A stretch of 64,000 bases of DNA from Octopus sinensis (Eukaryota): positions 96,844,001 to 96,908,000 of the forward strand of contig NC_043001.1 in assembly GCF_006345805.1 (NCBI RefSeq), read 5' to 3'. The number at the start of each line of letters is the position of its first letter. Position 1 is the first letter of the stretch. Of this stretch, positions 25,534 to 38,934 are shown piece after piece. Under the pieces are notes generated by a model that did no database searches, was not told the origin of the DNA, and was given only the letters and a program-made list of their open reading frames with translations. A program made the position numbers and the translations under genes.

Positions 25534-25750
25534 GCAGCATGATCATCTCGATCAGCATGCACATTCAGAAGATCATCTTCATCATAACCACCACTACCAA
25601 CACCACAACCACCACCACCATCACAATCATGATCATGGTCAAATTTATAATGAGGAACAACAACAACAACTGCAACACGTTCATCGTGATCATCATGGAG
25701 TTCTCCAGGTCATCGTAATTACCGTTATCCCAATCATCATCATCGTTATT
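24950..25750. repeat. Trinucleotide patchwork including a perfect (GTCGTCGTCGCC)x11 array at 25018-25149
   Basis: (ATC)n, 12-mer array, (ACC)n, (TCC)n and (ACT)n tracts. Confidence 0.9.
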
Positions 25751-26151
25751 ATCAGCACAAACATAGTTATCATCTTCCTTTTAACTTCCCTGTGTGTTTT
25801 TTTTTTTGTTCTGCTGCTGCTCTAAGTTGTTCAGCTCAAACGACGTCACAACACTTTTTTTATTAATCATGTTTGAGATACATAAAAATTGTCTATTATT
25901 AGTGTGCATCCAAGCCGCCGAAGTAAGCTTCTCTTTTTTCTTTCTATCGGGGTTTATAAATCAAGCACCCATTTAATACAGGTGTCAATGTTATCTATTT
26001 ACCTCTTCCATAAAAATTACTGGCCTTGTGCCAAAATTTGAACCCATTATTAACACTCATCCAATATGTTCCTCTGGGATCACGTCGAACAGTAACTAAG
26101 TCACATATCTTCTTGCAGGAATGACTACAAATTCAGACAAATTAAACAGTT

Positions 26152-26310
26152 GTAGGAGAGGCTGTATGGTAAGTAGCTTGCTCACCAACCACATGGTTCC
26201 GGGTTCAGTCCCACTGCGTGCCACCCTGGGCAAGTGTCTTCTACTATAGCCTCGGGCCGACCAAAGCCTTGTGAGTGGATCTGGTGGACGGAAACTGAAA
26301 GGAGCCTGTC

Positions 26311-26397
<87 letters not shown>

Positions 26398-26500
26398 TTG
26401 TGTGTCTGTGTTTGTCCCCCTCCCAGCATCGCTTGACAACCGATACTGGTGTGTTTACGTCCCCGTAACTTAGGGGGTTCGACAAAAGAGACCGACAGAG
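26152..26500 (+). mobile_element. SINE family A (tRNA-derived, CORE-like motif, central TA/TG tract)
   Basis: ggctgtatggtaagtagcttgc..GGGTTCAGTCCC..accctgggcaagtgtctt..gaaactgaaagg.gcc.gtcg(TA)n(TG)n..gacaaccgat..gagaccga. Confidence 0.9.
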
Positions 26501-26809
26501 TTGGTTTATATATAATAAACTGTAGAGCAACTGAGGGATCAAAAAAACCTTTAGGCTGTCGTATGCCATGCTAGAAATAGCATTCATTTCTCTGTCACGT
26601 TATATTCTACCAACGTACGAAAGGAAGCTTGGGAAATGTACTCCTTCTGTTCACTAATAGACAAAATGATCAAGGTTAGATTGGTTTTGTCCATAGATGT
26701 TAATCAGTCTCAAATTTAAAGTAATTGTCTCCACGAGGGAAACGCCGTAGCCAAATCTGCTTCTGTATCATACTCTTTCCTTCCATCTATCCGTAACACC
26801 CTCCATCCC

Positions 26810-27110
26810 TCCATCCATCCATCCGTCAACTCATTCATTCATTTTTGCTCCCTATTTCTGGCAGGGTCGTGGAAGTAGCTTCCCCAACCATGTCCTCTAA
26901 AGTGTCCTAGCAGAAGCAACTGCCATTAGACTTTCAGGCTGTTTTCCCAAGCCTAACCAAATGAGACTGGATATTGTGTCCAACCATCTCATTCTTGGTC
27001 TACCACTACGTCTCCTGCCAGTTAGTATAGTATGAAGAAACTGTCTTGCGATCCTTTACCGCAACATTCCAATCGCATGGACGTAATACCGGAGCTGTGA
27101 TCAAACAAAG
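26810..27110 (-). mobile_element. RTE-clade LINE 3' end
   Basis: The minus strand encodes ...TGRRRSGRPRMRWLDTI... and ends in a (GAAT)/(GGAT)n tail. Confidence 0.7.
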
Positions 27111-27819
27111 CAAGGAATAACGTCTGGACCTTGAGAGATTACCTGAATTTCGAGCTACTCACACTATCGTAGATTTACAGTAGGAAATCTGCTTTGGTTG
27201 CTTGTATTCGCGATCCTACTCGGTTTTGCACTCAAAACTTACACGACAATATGTTCGGATAAGCACAAAAACTGAACTGAAGAGGGCGAATATGTTTTTT
27301 TTTATTTCATCAATCTTTCCTCTTTTGTGTATTAAATGCATTAAGGTGCCACCGCCTGCATTTATAGCTTCTAATTCAACTTCTTGGTCTTAACAAGGAA
27401 GGAAATGTTTGATAAATAGTGTTCAACATTTACAATCACAAAAGAGAGAAAAGAAAATGTAACGGTCTCTTCTACGATATCTTGAATGAAAGTTGCCCCA
27501 CCAGGGCTAAGGAAAAAATTAAAAATGAAAAATTATGAAAAAAGGCTGGCAACCATATCATTTACTATTAGCGAAATGTCGATTCAATATCTGAATGACA
27601 AATTTGATATACAGAAACGTTATTGATTTTGCAAAACACTTTGTAAGTTATAAAAATAGAAAAAAACTCACGGTTACTCTTTGTCTGTTGCATAACAACC
27701 TATTTTCCATACGCTGCAGCTATTGCAGATACCGATGTCCATTGTAAGAATTGAAACCAAAACACCACATCAATAGTTCAGTATGCAACTGTAAATTACT
27801 AATGATTCACGGTCCCTAC

Positions 27820-27888
27820 TTGGAGGCAATGAGAGGAATTTGTATGGGGTTTTCCCTTTCAACAAATAGTAGTGACGTCTTTGCTCAT
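27820..27888 (-). CDS. Candidate 69-nt phase-1/1 exon (EQRRHYYLLKGKTPYKFLSLPP)
   Basis: Long pyrimidine tract plus aAG acceptor, CAA|GTAGGG donor, open frame; phase-compatible with the 23486 acceptor. Confidence 0.25.
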
Positions 27889-28739
27889 CTTTGTATTTAA
27901 AAGAAATAAAAAAAAGAAGAAATATCGGATACATTAGAGAATGGAGTCTTAGATAGTATTACATTTAGGAAGATAGGAATCTGAAATGCGTTGGCTAGAA
28001 AGCATTTGATAATAGGTCTGTTCAATCAGGGTGATTTCAAATTTTAGAAAGGCGCTAGCATATAAGAATGTCGGTAAGTCGATTACAACCAACGTAGTGT
28101 TGCACAGGTAGTCATTTTATCGAAAGGATGTAAGGTAATATCAGTGTGAGCGGAACTGTAACTTCGAATGTAAACTCCAGATGAAATACTGGAAATAGTA
28201 AGATGCCTAAAAATAGTATTAACTTCCACCTTAGCTTGCTTCATAAATTGTGCGCTAAATGCCAGTAGACGAGAAAAAAACCCTACTAGGATTCGGATAA
28301 AAAAATCCTGGTCTCTTGTTTGGTACTCCAGTTCACATTAAGTCAACTATACTAATATTTCACACCTGAGACACAGGGTGATTGAAATAATCCGCCAGTC
28401 AATTAAACACCGCCACCAACCAATTTAACAAACCCGTGGGGGTTTCTTTAGTTTGCTCCGTTAAATGCATTCGATCCAAATTTCTAGTTCCTTTCTCAAA
28501 AAATTGAAAGAAGTCGACATTTATCCAAAAATGAAAAATAGAAAAAAAGCCTTAAATAAATAAATAAATAGATAAAAAGCATAGATACAACTCCATTCCA
28601 TAGATTTATTTTACAGTTTTACAATGATATAGGCATGTGACTCTGGAGATAGACTGCATTATCAAATTTGGGTATTTCCATATATATTTAGCATGTGACA
28701 GCTTACAAGAGTTAATAGCAGCAGCAGAAGTAGTAGTAG

Positions 28740-28783
<44 letters not shown>

Positions 28784-28821
28784 TAGTAGTAGTAGTAGTA
28801 TGTATATATGTATATACATAC

Positions 28822-28876
<55 letters not shown>

Positions 28877-29396
28877 ATATACATACATGTTAGCGTAATA
28901 CTGGCAACATTAGTGATATTGTACGCTCTCCTGGAAAATTTTCAATAAAATGTATCCACTTTGCGGCAAAAATACCTCCAAACTGGTGCCTAGTAAATAA
29001 TAAAGAAGGATGAAACAAAACCAAGGAATGTCTGCCTTTCAGAGAAAAATAATTTATAAAATATATATTATGCAACGTAGGTCAATCACCTATAAATGGC
29101 TAATATGATCCTATGTATTCTACTGAAATAGTGTACGCATATTATTTCTGTGAATGAACTATTGTGGATTTTCAAATTTTCACGAAATTTTGTACTCGAT
29201 GTTAAAACGAAAAGAAAATCAATAATTCAATGTTCGTGTTATGTAAGGATAGAAAAAGTATGTAAGAGGAATACAGCAGATACAGAAGTTAGCATTTCCT
29301 TATCAGATAAAATCATTTTCAGTAAGCTAAGGATGTACAGCGTACACATACTGTTAAAAGATATATCTGTGCTTGTACATATGTGTATATATATAT

Positions 29397-29434
<38 letters not shown>

Positions 29435-29484
29435 CATGCACACACACACATATATATATGTATGTATATATATGTATATGTATA

Positions 29485-29532
<48 letters not shown>

Positions 29533-30179
29533 CATATACATATATATATATACATATATATATATACATATACATATATATATATACATATACATACATA
29601 CATATATATATATTGATACACACATATGTGCGCGTATATATATATATATATATATACATATATATATACATATACAAACACACACACATACACATGCACG
29701 CAAATATATGCATATGCAAATATATAGAATATATATAATATATAAGTATGGTTATATACATACATGCATGTATACAATATATATATTGTGTATATATATA
29801 TGTATACATGTATACTTATATATTTGTACATATTTCTACACACACTCACACACACAGGCATATATATATATATATAGATATGAATTATAAACGTCACTAA
29901 CGAACCGTTACTTCAATTTTCATGTAACCGATTTCCGGCCGGCAGACGAAACAGGAAACTAGGTATAGCGGAAAACAAGTCTACAGCTTACAATAAATAG
30001 AATGACACTCTGCAAGAAATATTTAGTACTTTTTTTCCATTTTTGTTCTTCATGCAAGTCTTTGTGCCGTAATATAATAGGCATATGCCTCTATATGCAT
30101 ATTAATATAACTATATATACATATATATGTGTGTGAAGACATACTTATACACACACATACATATGTATATATAAAAATT

Positions 30180-30216
<37 letters not shown>

Positions 30217-30661
30217 AGACATACATCTGCACAATTGTATCGACATTCATATATTCTAACACACTCGTATACATGGAGAGACAGGGAGACTGATATAACA
30301 CACGCTCAACTATCTATCAACCGTCCGTATAACATTCATTGTAATATATTTTACCGAAATAAAGACTATTCTAATAGCATCTTCTTTCCTCTGACAAATC
30401 AATGTGAAATATCTTATCAAAACCCAAGTGAAGCATTCAATAAGTTGTATCAAATAGAAATCAATATTTTCCATGACATATGGAATTTTGACAATTCATT
30501 TCTTTAGACAGAAATTAACCCCCTCCACTTCCTTCTTGACTAAATAAAAATCTATTATGAAATACATGTTTGTTTGCTTGTTCGTCGTCTTTTTTATTAT
30601 TGATATTATTTATTATTATTATTATTATTATTACTATTATTACTATTATTACTATTATTAC

Positions 30662-30741
<80 letters not shown>

Positions 30742-31033
30742 TATTATTAATATTATTTTGTGTTTCTAACAAATTTACTTCAAAAAATATTTCTAGATTT
30801 TTACAATATATCTGCCTTTTATTTTACTCCCCCTCTGTCTGTATGCCAGTCTCTCTTTCGTTCTCTCTCTCTCTCACTTTCTCTCCCTCGCTCTCTTGCT
30901 CTCACTATCTATCTGTCGTTTTATATAACTTTCAATCTGAATAATGTACAATTGAACAGAACTTTTATTTCCATTGTATAAATTTGAAATTGCCGATTGG
31001 TAACGCATCCTTCTTCTTGCGTATGTACACACG

Positions 31034-31077
<44 letters not shown>

Positions 31078-31127
31078 CATATATGCACATTCCTTTATAT
31101 ATGTATTCACATACACATACACCCTCT

Positions 31128-31164
<37 letters not shown>

Positions 31165-31814
31165 GTGCTCACAATTATGTATATATGTATGTTTATATAA
31201 ATGTGTACATATATATGTTTACATATATATGTATATATACCTTTGTATGCATTTTTGGTGGATCAAACAGTAGAAAAAGAACGCAATATAAAAGTATATA
31301 TATATGTTGACTCAGTGTGCGTGTAATGTGTGTGTATGTGTGTGAGTGCATGCATGCATGTGACCGCGTGTATAATGTGAAATAGTGCACAGCCTAATTC
31401 ACTCAGGTTTAGTAAGTGCAAAAGAAAGGAATATACGAAACTCTCAGCTTTTCAGAAACTAACTGAATATGTATGTATACATGCATGTACATACGTACGT
31501 ACGTACTTATGTATGTATGTATGTATGTATGTATGTATGTATGTATGTATGTATGTATGTATGTATGTATGTGTTTGTGCATGTACGTATGTATGCTTGC
31601 TACTACATATGTATGTGTGAATGTACGCACGTATGCATGTATATGTGTGCTGTGTGTCCGTATACCTGTATGTGTGTATGTGTATATGCGTGTTTATGTG
31701 TATTCCTGCATGAATTTATTTTATCTGTCATATTTTACTTCTCACAGTCATTTGACGTTAGCCATAGTGATTTGCTAATTGGATATTCTAATTGAGAAAT
31801 AATAACATACAAAT

Positions 31815-32890
31815 TGAAATCGAACCCGTGTATGGGGGAGACGGATGTCTTTCAAAATCGGTATTTCTTTGGCATATTATTTTATCAACCCATCGAGGAC
31901 AGATGGCAGAGTTGACTACGTCGGCATTTGAGCTGAATACGTTCTGAACAAGAAGTGCCACAAAATAATTTATCCGATACCCTTAAGATTCTGCAAGCAC
32001 ATCGAGTTAAACTATTGAAATAATTCTTTCTGTTATAGGCTAAGACCTGAAATATTGTGGAATGAGGCTAGTGCACTACATCAACCTTAGTACTCAACCG
32101 TTACTTATCTTGTTAATCTTATAGGGATGAAAAGCAAAGGTGATGCCAGCGGAATATGATATCCTCCTAAGCAGTTTGTACAGCGTGCTAATAATTCTTC
32201 GATCTCACCGGTTTTAATCATTGAAATAATGTAGATGATTTGTAAAACAGTCAGAGAGTAGCAATATCAGCGGGATGGAACATTAAACTATATTGAATCC
32301 AGTACTCGAATACTACTGAAAGAAAGAGATCTCATCAGGATTTGACATCAGAAATTAAAATTGCATAACTTAACACCTGGAAGCATCTTGTCTGTTACTC
32401 TATCAGTGAAGCCGATAATATTTGCTTCTCATTTAACGATACCAGAAATTTTAGGAAACGATTGAACAATATTTATTTCTTTATAGCACACAGGGGACTA
32501 AATATAGAGGGGACAAACAAGGACAGACATAGGGTTTAAGTCGATTACATCGACACCAGTGCGTAACTGCTCCTTATTTAATAGACACGAAAAGATGAAA
32601 GGCAAAGTCGACTTCGGCAGAGTTTGAACTTAGAACGTAACGGCAGACGAAATACCGAAATCATTTCGCTCGGCGTGCAAACGATTCTGCCAGCTCATCA
32701 TCCTATAATTCGACGATATTCTGTTATACTCTAGGCAAAAGGCCCGAAGGAGGAGGAGCCAGTCGATTAGATTGACCCCAAAAGGATCAAAGGCAAAGTC
32801 AACCTCAGCGGAATTTGAACTCAGAAATTAACAGCAGACGAAATACCGCAAAATATTTCGCCCGATTCTGTCAGCTCACCGCCCTACACT
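31815..32890 (-). mobile_element. Cluster of five same-orientation SINE family B copies of different ages
   Basis: gatgaaaggcaaagtc../ggaatttgaactcagaa../gattctgccagctc motifs recur at ~31900, 32130, 32340, 32600 and 32790. Confidence 0.75.
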
Positions 32891-34224
32891 CGAACAATAT
32901 TGCCAACGCAATAGTCTCCTCCTCCTCCTCCCCAACCTCCTCCACCTCTCCTCCTCTCCTCCTCTCCTCCTCTCCTCCACTCCCCCTCCTGCTCCCCTCC
33001 ACATCCCCCCCCTCCTCGTCCCCCCTCCTGTCATCCGCCCCCTCCTCATCAGCATCATCTTCACTTTCTGTCAGCATTTTCATTGTTATCATCGTCGTCC
33101 TTGACATTATCCCCATCACCACCATCGTCATCATCAGCCTCTTCATTATCAACTTCACCATCATCATTATATCACTATCGTTGTCGACATCGTCGTCACC
33201 ACCACCACCACCAGCGCCACCGCCGCCACCGCCACCACTACCACAACCACCGCCATCACCGCCACCACTACCACCTCATGTCCATCATCCTCGTCATCGT
33301 CATCATGGTCGTCGTCGTCGTCGTCGTCATCATCAACTGTTTCACTTCCGTTCTGTTTCTCAACACTGCCATCTGTCGGCCATGTCTGTCGTAGAATTTA
33401 CTGTCTCTTGTATTATCGTTCTTTGGCCAGTTTAAATGTGAGCACCAACATTCGAAAGATCTGACATTTCAGAAACAATAAATAAATAAACAAACAAATA
33501 AATAAATAAATAAAACAACAAACGCAGCAACATAGAACAACGAAGCTATAACAAAAAGCAAATACCCTGGGGTAATTTGCAATAAAAACATTTTAATGAG
33601 ATACACTGATTGTTAGTTGGAGGTGGTGAACTACAAATCATAAATCACGTGTGAATTCATACTATACAACCATTATTATGCTTGTGTCCCTAGACAAAGC
33701 CTGGCGTTATTATTTTCTGTTTTTCATTTTCAATCAAGTATATTTCCCCAAAGTAGTATCCTACTCAAAATATTAGATAGTTCATTTCCTTTTGGCACAC
33801 CAACTTACCTTAACCGTAAGAGGAAAAATCCTTTTATTAACTTAACTCTTGGGAAAGAAAATCATACCAACGATCTCGTAGAATTCTCGTGATTATATTT
33901 TGCTGTATTTTTCTGTCTGGTTAGCTGAATGAATAAGTGTTTCTGTGTTTTCTTAGAACTTAATAGAAAGGAGTCACGTATATTTAACTGTGTCAAGTTG
34001 ACTGTTTGAAGATTAAAGATTAATAAAACAACAACAAAAATCTATCTTTGTTGCAATTAACAAATGATTTCGTTTGTTAATTGCATAATATAATAACATA
34101 AATACACGCATATACTCCTGGCTCTTATCATAAAAAATTGTGACCTCAAGCTAACGAGGTAGCCTCTGTCTAAGTTATTATCAAAGAGAAGTTAATTTTC
34201 CTCAAAGAGGTAAATATTTAGATG

Positions 34225-34445
34225 GTAAGGGGAAAGACACACACACACACACACGTACACACATACATATACACACACACACGTACACACACAGACGTAC
34301 ACACACACACGTACACACTCACACGTACACACACACACGTACACACACACACGTACACACTCACACGTACACACACGTACACACACACACGTACACCCTC
34401 ACACGTACACACACACACGTACACACATACATACACACACACATA
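34225..34445. repeat. (CA)n/ACGT compound minisatellite
   Basis: Repeated acacacacgtac units. Confidence 0.9.
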
Positions 34446-35814
34446 ATTATAGCCAATCATATTTTATTATATACTCATACAAATTTATCAAAATATATAT
34501 ATAATAAAAATAACTTATATAATTCATACAGCTATTTTTTTCAGTGGGGTCAAAATATATATTAAGTAAGAGTAAAGAAAATGTGTTACGTACGTTGCTT
34601 GCTGTACAAAGTCTATATAAAGCAATCATGTAAATATACACATAGTATATATGTTGGCAGAGAAGCAATGAGGTAAATGAAGAAATATTTTAAACCATGA
34701 GTAAGCAGTGTGGTAATCTGATCTTCTTGTTAACTAGTCTACGTATATCTTCGAGCAAGTGACCCTGCATCGAAGTTCATGCGGGGCCACTCGTGAAAAT
34801 ACATTCTAGTCTTCGCACGGCCATGTTGGTCGAAGGGAAAGTGCGAGCAGCCATTCACGTCAGTCTTAGAGAAAGGCAGATAATACTGTCTGCCGAAAAT
34901 TTAAGTAAATTCCCTCTTAACTCCTCTTTAAAAGGATTTTTTTTCTCGAAGATTCTTATATCATATAAAATATTTTGTCTTCATTGTCTTATAGGTGTCT
35001 GAGTGTATGAGTTGACTTTTTTGATGGTGTGTTATGCAAGAGCTACTTAAAAATCCCCCCGACTGGCACGTTTTAATTCATCCTTATTATTTAAAATGTC
35101 AACAGAGTTGATGTTGACTGGTTGTATGTTTGACTTAAACTGTTGGTTATATTGGGGTTGTCGCTTTTCCTTCCTCTTCTCTTTCTTTTGTAGGTGTAAT
35201 TCTGACGTTTCTGCAAACGGTTCTGAGTTAGGTTTTGTCGTTGTAGTTTATATCTGTTCAATGCGATTCCTATCAAAACGTCGAGACTTCTCTCTTACAC
35301 TTTATTTACATTATTTATATTTGACGGATATTTGTCTGTGACGCCTGAATACCAAGAATGAAGTGCGCGTGTATATGTGTTATTGGTGTATTTTAATGTA
35401 CACATGTGTGCAGTTGTGTTTCGTTGGACTTGCGAATGTTTGAGGGTTTCTTTTGACTGTAGGAAACTATTTTTCTACTGCAAGATTTTTTTGTTATTAC
35501 AAGTGTTTCCAATTGAGTTGTTGAATTTTAGTTTTTCAATTTTGGTGCAGTTACAGGTGTGATTTTTTTTGCGGTTGATGTTCTTGTTCTTGCTGTTACT
35601 ACTGTTGGCATTGTGGCTGCTACTGCTGCTGCTGCTGCTGCTGCTACTCTTCATCGTCAACACTATAACAATCACTAACCACTAACCATTAATTCCATAA
35701 TCTTTATCATCTTTAAAAATCAAATGAACATCAATTTCGTTCATCTACATGCTAAAAATAGCAGCCGAATCTACTTCAAATTACAGTATAACGTCTTAAA
35801 TATAGCACATAGAA

Positions 35815-35900
35815 TAATGTAGTCCGAGAGGCTCTCAGCCAGAAAACCGGTTCGAATTCCACCGATGTCGACTTTGTCCTTCATTCTTTCAGAATTCAAA
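35815..35900 (+). mobile_element. SINE family B head, degenerate
   Basis: ggttcgaattccaccgatgtcgactttgtccttcattctttc. Confidence 0.55.
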
Positions 35901-36010
35901 TTGTTAGATTTGTCCTAAGATTTGAAACCAGTTGAAACCATAACCACCACCACCACAACCACCACCACCACCACCACCACCATCATCATCACCACCACCA
36001 CCACCATCAC

Positions 36011-36051
<41 letters not shown>

Positions 36052-37009
36052 ACAGCAGCAGCAGAAGCAGCACCAGCACCAGCACCACCACAGCCACCAC
36101 CAATACCACCACCACCACCACCACCACCACCACAACCACCACCACCACCACTAAAATTAACAACAACAACAGCAACAATGTTGTCGCTTGTTATGCGTGA
36201 TTACTGGGGTATATGTATGTGTATGTGTGCATCTGTGCTTGCGTGTATGTATGCGTGTATGGGTTTATGTGTATATGCGGGTACGTGTTCAATTCAAGCT
36301 ACAAAGAAATGGAGACACAAGAATGAAATTTAGCAAACAACAGCAAAAGAACTTTTCAAAAAACCCACAAAATATGCAAAAATAAATATCTATATCTTAT
36401 CTCCTCTCAACAATCTTTTTCCCAACGGTATGTTATTTAAATGATATATTAAAATGAAGACGGAGAAAGCGGTACCAGGTTGTTAATCCTAAGAACTTAC
36501 TGAATTTACCCACGATTTCATTGATGGAGATTGTGATGCTAGAATACAATTCATTATTCTTTAATTCCATATACAATGCCACCAATATAAAATGAATGAG
36601 AAATTAAGTAGACTATTGGAATGAAAGATACTGAGAAATAAGATACATTGTTCTATATGATGCGAGTATAAATTACTTAATTTTTATGGCGAGAAATGTT
36701 TGGAAAATGGTAATATTATCAGAAAATCTTGAATATCCAAATATATCACAGATTCAAAAATAAGTAAAACAAGAAATAAATATAATGAATACAAATTAAA
36801 ATAGTGGACACGTTAATAAAACATATTTGTCTGAGTATATTTTAGACTGTACGTATGTGAATGTGTGTATATCTATGTGCTTACCTATATGCGTATGTGT
36901 GTGTGTATGTTTATGTAAGCACACACATATACACATATATATGTATATATACATATACACACAACTATTAAGCATATGAATATACATACATATATATATA
37001 TACCCACCC

Positions 37010-37041
<32 letters not shown>

Positions 37042-37357
37042 TTGTGTGTGCGTGTATGTGTGCATGCGCGTGTGTTTATACGGTATATGTGTGTGTGTTA
37101 TTTTTCATCTCCTCGTCATGTGCAGAAAATGGAGTGAGATTTATTGATCGGAGAAGCAAAGGTCTTGGTGCTTTGCTACATTAGTAGCTCCTCTTGCGAG
37201 TGGATCAGATTCCAAGGTGATTTGTGGAAGCAGCCTCCGGAGAAGAATACCTTTGTTGCGATCTCTACAGTTATCCGTTGCCCTCTTCTCTCCACCGCGC
37301 TATTTTCCCTTCTGGTTAGACATCATTCAAGCATCTATTTTCTTCCCACGTGTTGCC

Positions 37358-37551
37358 TTAGGGGCTTTTGCTGTGCATTAAAATAAATTTTCCATTCATA
37401 TCTACTCTCAAGATGGAGTAAAATGTCATAGTAATTTCGTTGCCTTCAAAAATTAATAAATCTTCATGTTCTTGCGGAACATCCAAAGACAATCTATTGC
37501 TCATTATATCCATTTCACTATTTGTCCAATTTCTGCCGTAAATATGACAAA
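37358..37551 (-). CDS. Candidate terminal exon (CHIYGRNWTNSEMDIMSNRLSLDVPQEHEDLLIFEGNEITMTFYSILRVDMNGKFILMHSKSP*)
   Basis: Acceptor gtcgtctcttcttAG (37553-37552), open frame to TAA, AATAAA at 37145-37140. Starts in phase 1, compatible with the 60632 donor. Confidence 0.4.
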
Positions 37552-38073
37552 CTAAGAAGAGACGACGTCGTAACAAAGTCACGACACATGTGTTACTTTT
37601 CTAACAATAACATGTGAACACAGGGAAAGAAACACCAGTTTCTGTCACTCCATTTCGTATCTTAATTTGTGCTAACACTGCTTTTTTTCCTTTTCTATTT
37701 ATTTAAAATTCAAAATGTAAATTTCCAAAATTACACGGTATATATCTGAAATAATACAAATCATATAAACCTTGATGAAGGTGTTTGCAGGCGGAAATAA
37801 CTTGTTTTACTGAAATTGTGAATTCAGTGGAATTAATAATTTAATACAATATTGAGCCGAACAACTTTCTGATACGTGTTCACACACACACATTCGCGCC
37901 CGCGCAATAAGTGGCTATTAGGAAGGACAAAAAGCAAAAGAGTATTTGTCAGAACCTATAATTGCCTTGCTAGAGAAAAGCGGAACTCTGAGCACATCAA
38001 AGAGAGTAATGTCATGGAATAATATGATTGCGACACGGAGAACAGAGGTAAAGTCATATACAACAACACGTAC

Positions 38074-38170
<97 letters not shown>

Positions 38171-38171
<1 letters not shown>

Positions 38172-38385
38172 TCTTTTACTTGTTTCAGTCATTTGACTGC
38201 GGCCATGCTGGAGCACCGCCTTTAGTCGAGCAAATCGACCGCGGGACTTATTCCTTGTAAGCCCAGTACTTATTCTATCGGTCTCTTTTGCCGAACCGCT
38301 AAGTGACGAGGACGTAAACACACCAGCATCGGTTGTCAAGCAATGCTAGGTGGACAAACATAGACAAACAAACATATACATACAC

Positions 38386-38424
<39 letters not shown>

Positions 38425-38562
38425 CGACAGGCTTCTTTCAGTTTCCGTCTACCAAATCCACTCACAAGGCATTGGTCGGCCCGGGGCTATAGCAGAAAAC
38501 GCTTGCCCAAGATGCCACACAGTGGGACTGAACCTGGAACCATGTGGTTGGTAAGCAAGCTA
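38171..38562 (-). mobile_element. SINE family A, near full length
   Basis: Complete tail (cttttacttgtttcagtcatttgactgcggccatgctggagcaccgcc), central TA tract, and tRNA-like head. Confidence 0.92.
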
Positions 38563-38779
38563 TGCGTATGTGTTTGCGAATTCCTTTCTCTTCCCAAAGT
38601 AATTCAGTACAATTAAGCATTTTACTTAACCAATAAACTTCAAGTGTTTCAATGATCATCGAACCATAACTTTAGAAATATATTCTTATCACAAATACAC
38701 ACACACATGCAGATACAAAGATACAGACGTACGGAAACCTATGCTTATAAGGTACAAACCTGACTATGCGAGAAGTTTC

Positions 38780-38930
38780 GTCCCCACCACACACGCCAAG
38801 AGTCTGTCTCACTGCTTATCACCATGGGTAAGAGTTTTCCCCTATAGCCTCGGGGATACCAAAGCCTTCAGAATGGATATGGTTGACGGAAACTGAAAGA
38901 AACCGTCGCATCGAAAACACTATTAAGCAT
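38780..38930 (+). mobile_element. SINE family A 5' half, truncated at the Penelope-like element
   Basis: ctatagcctcgggg.taccaaagcc..gacggaaactgaaagaaaccgtcg, then the PLE begins where (TA)n normally follows. Confidence 0.65.
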
Positions 38931-38934
38931 ATAT

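Noticed and set aside
24892-25542. 216-aa hydrophobic/Pro-rich ORF and similar poly-I/S/T/M/D ORFs (13692, 30570, 32815, 35922, 46203, 61812)
   Set aside because: Trinucleotide patchworks open in several frames on both strands; no splice signals or domain content.
29150-29897. Longest non-TE ORFs (246 aa, 192 aa) and the many [12 protein letters not shown] ORFs across the window
   Set aside because: Translations of (TA)n/(CA)n/(TACA)n microsatellites, which lack stop codons.
37765-37810. TTGATGAAGG...GGAAA motif
   Set aside because: No convincing stem II or III.
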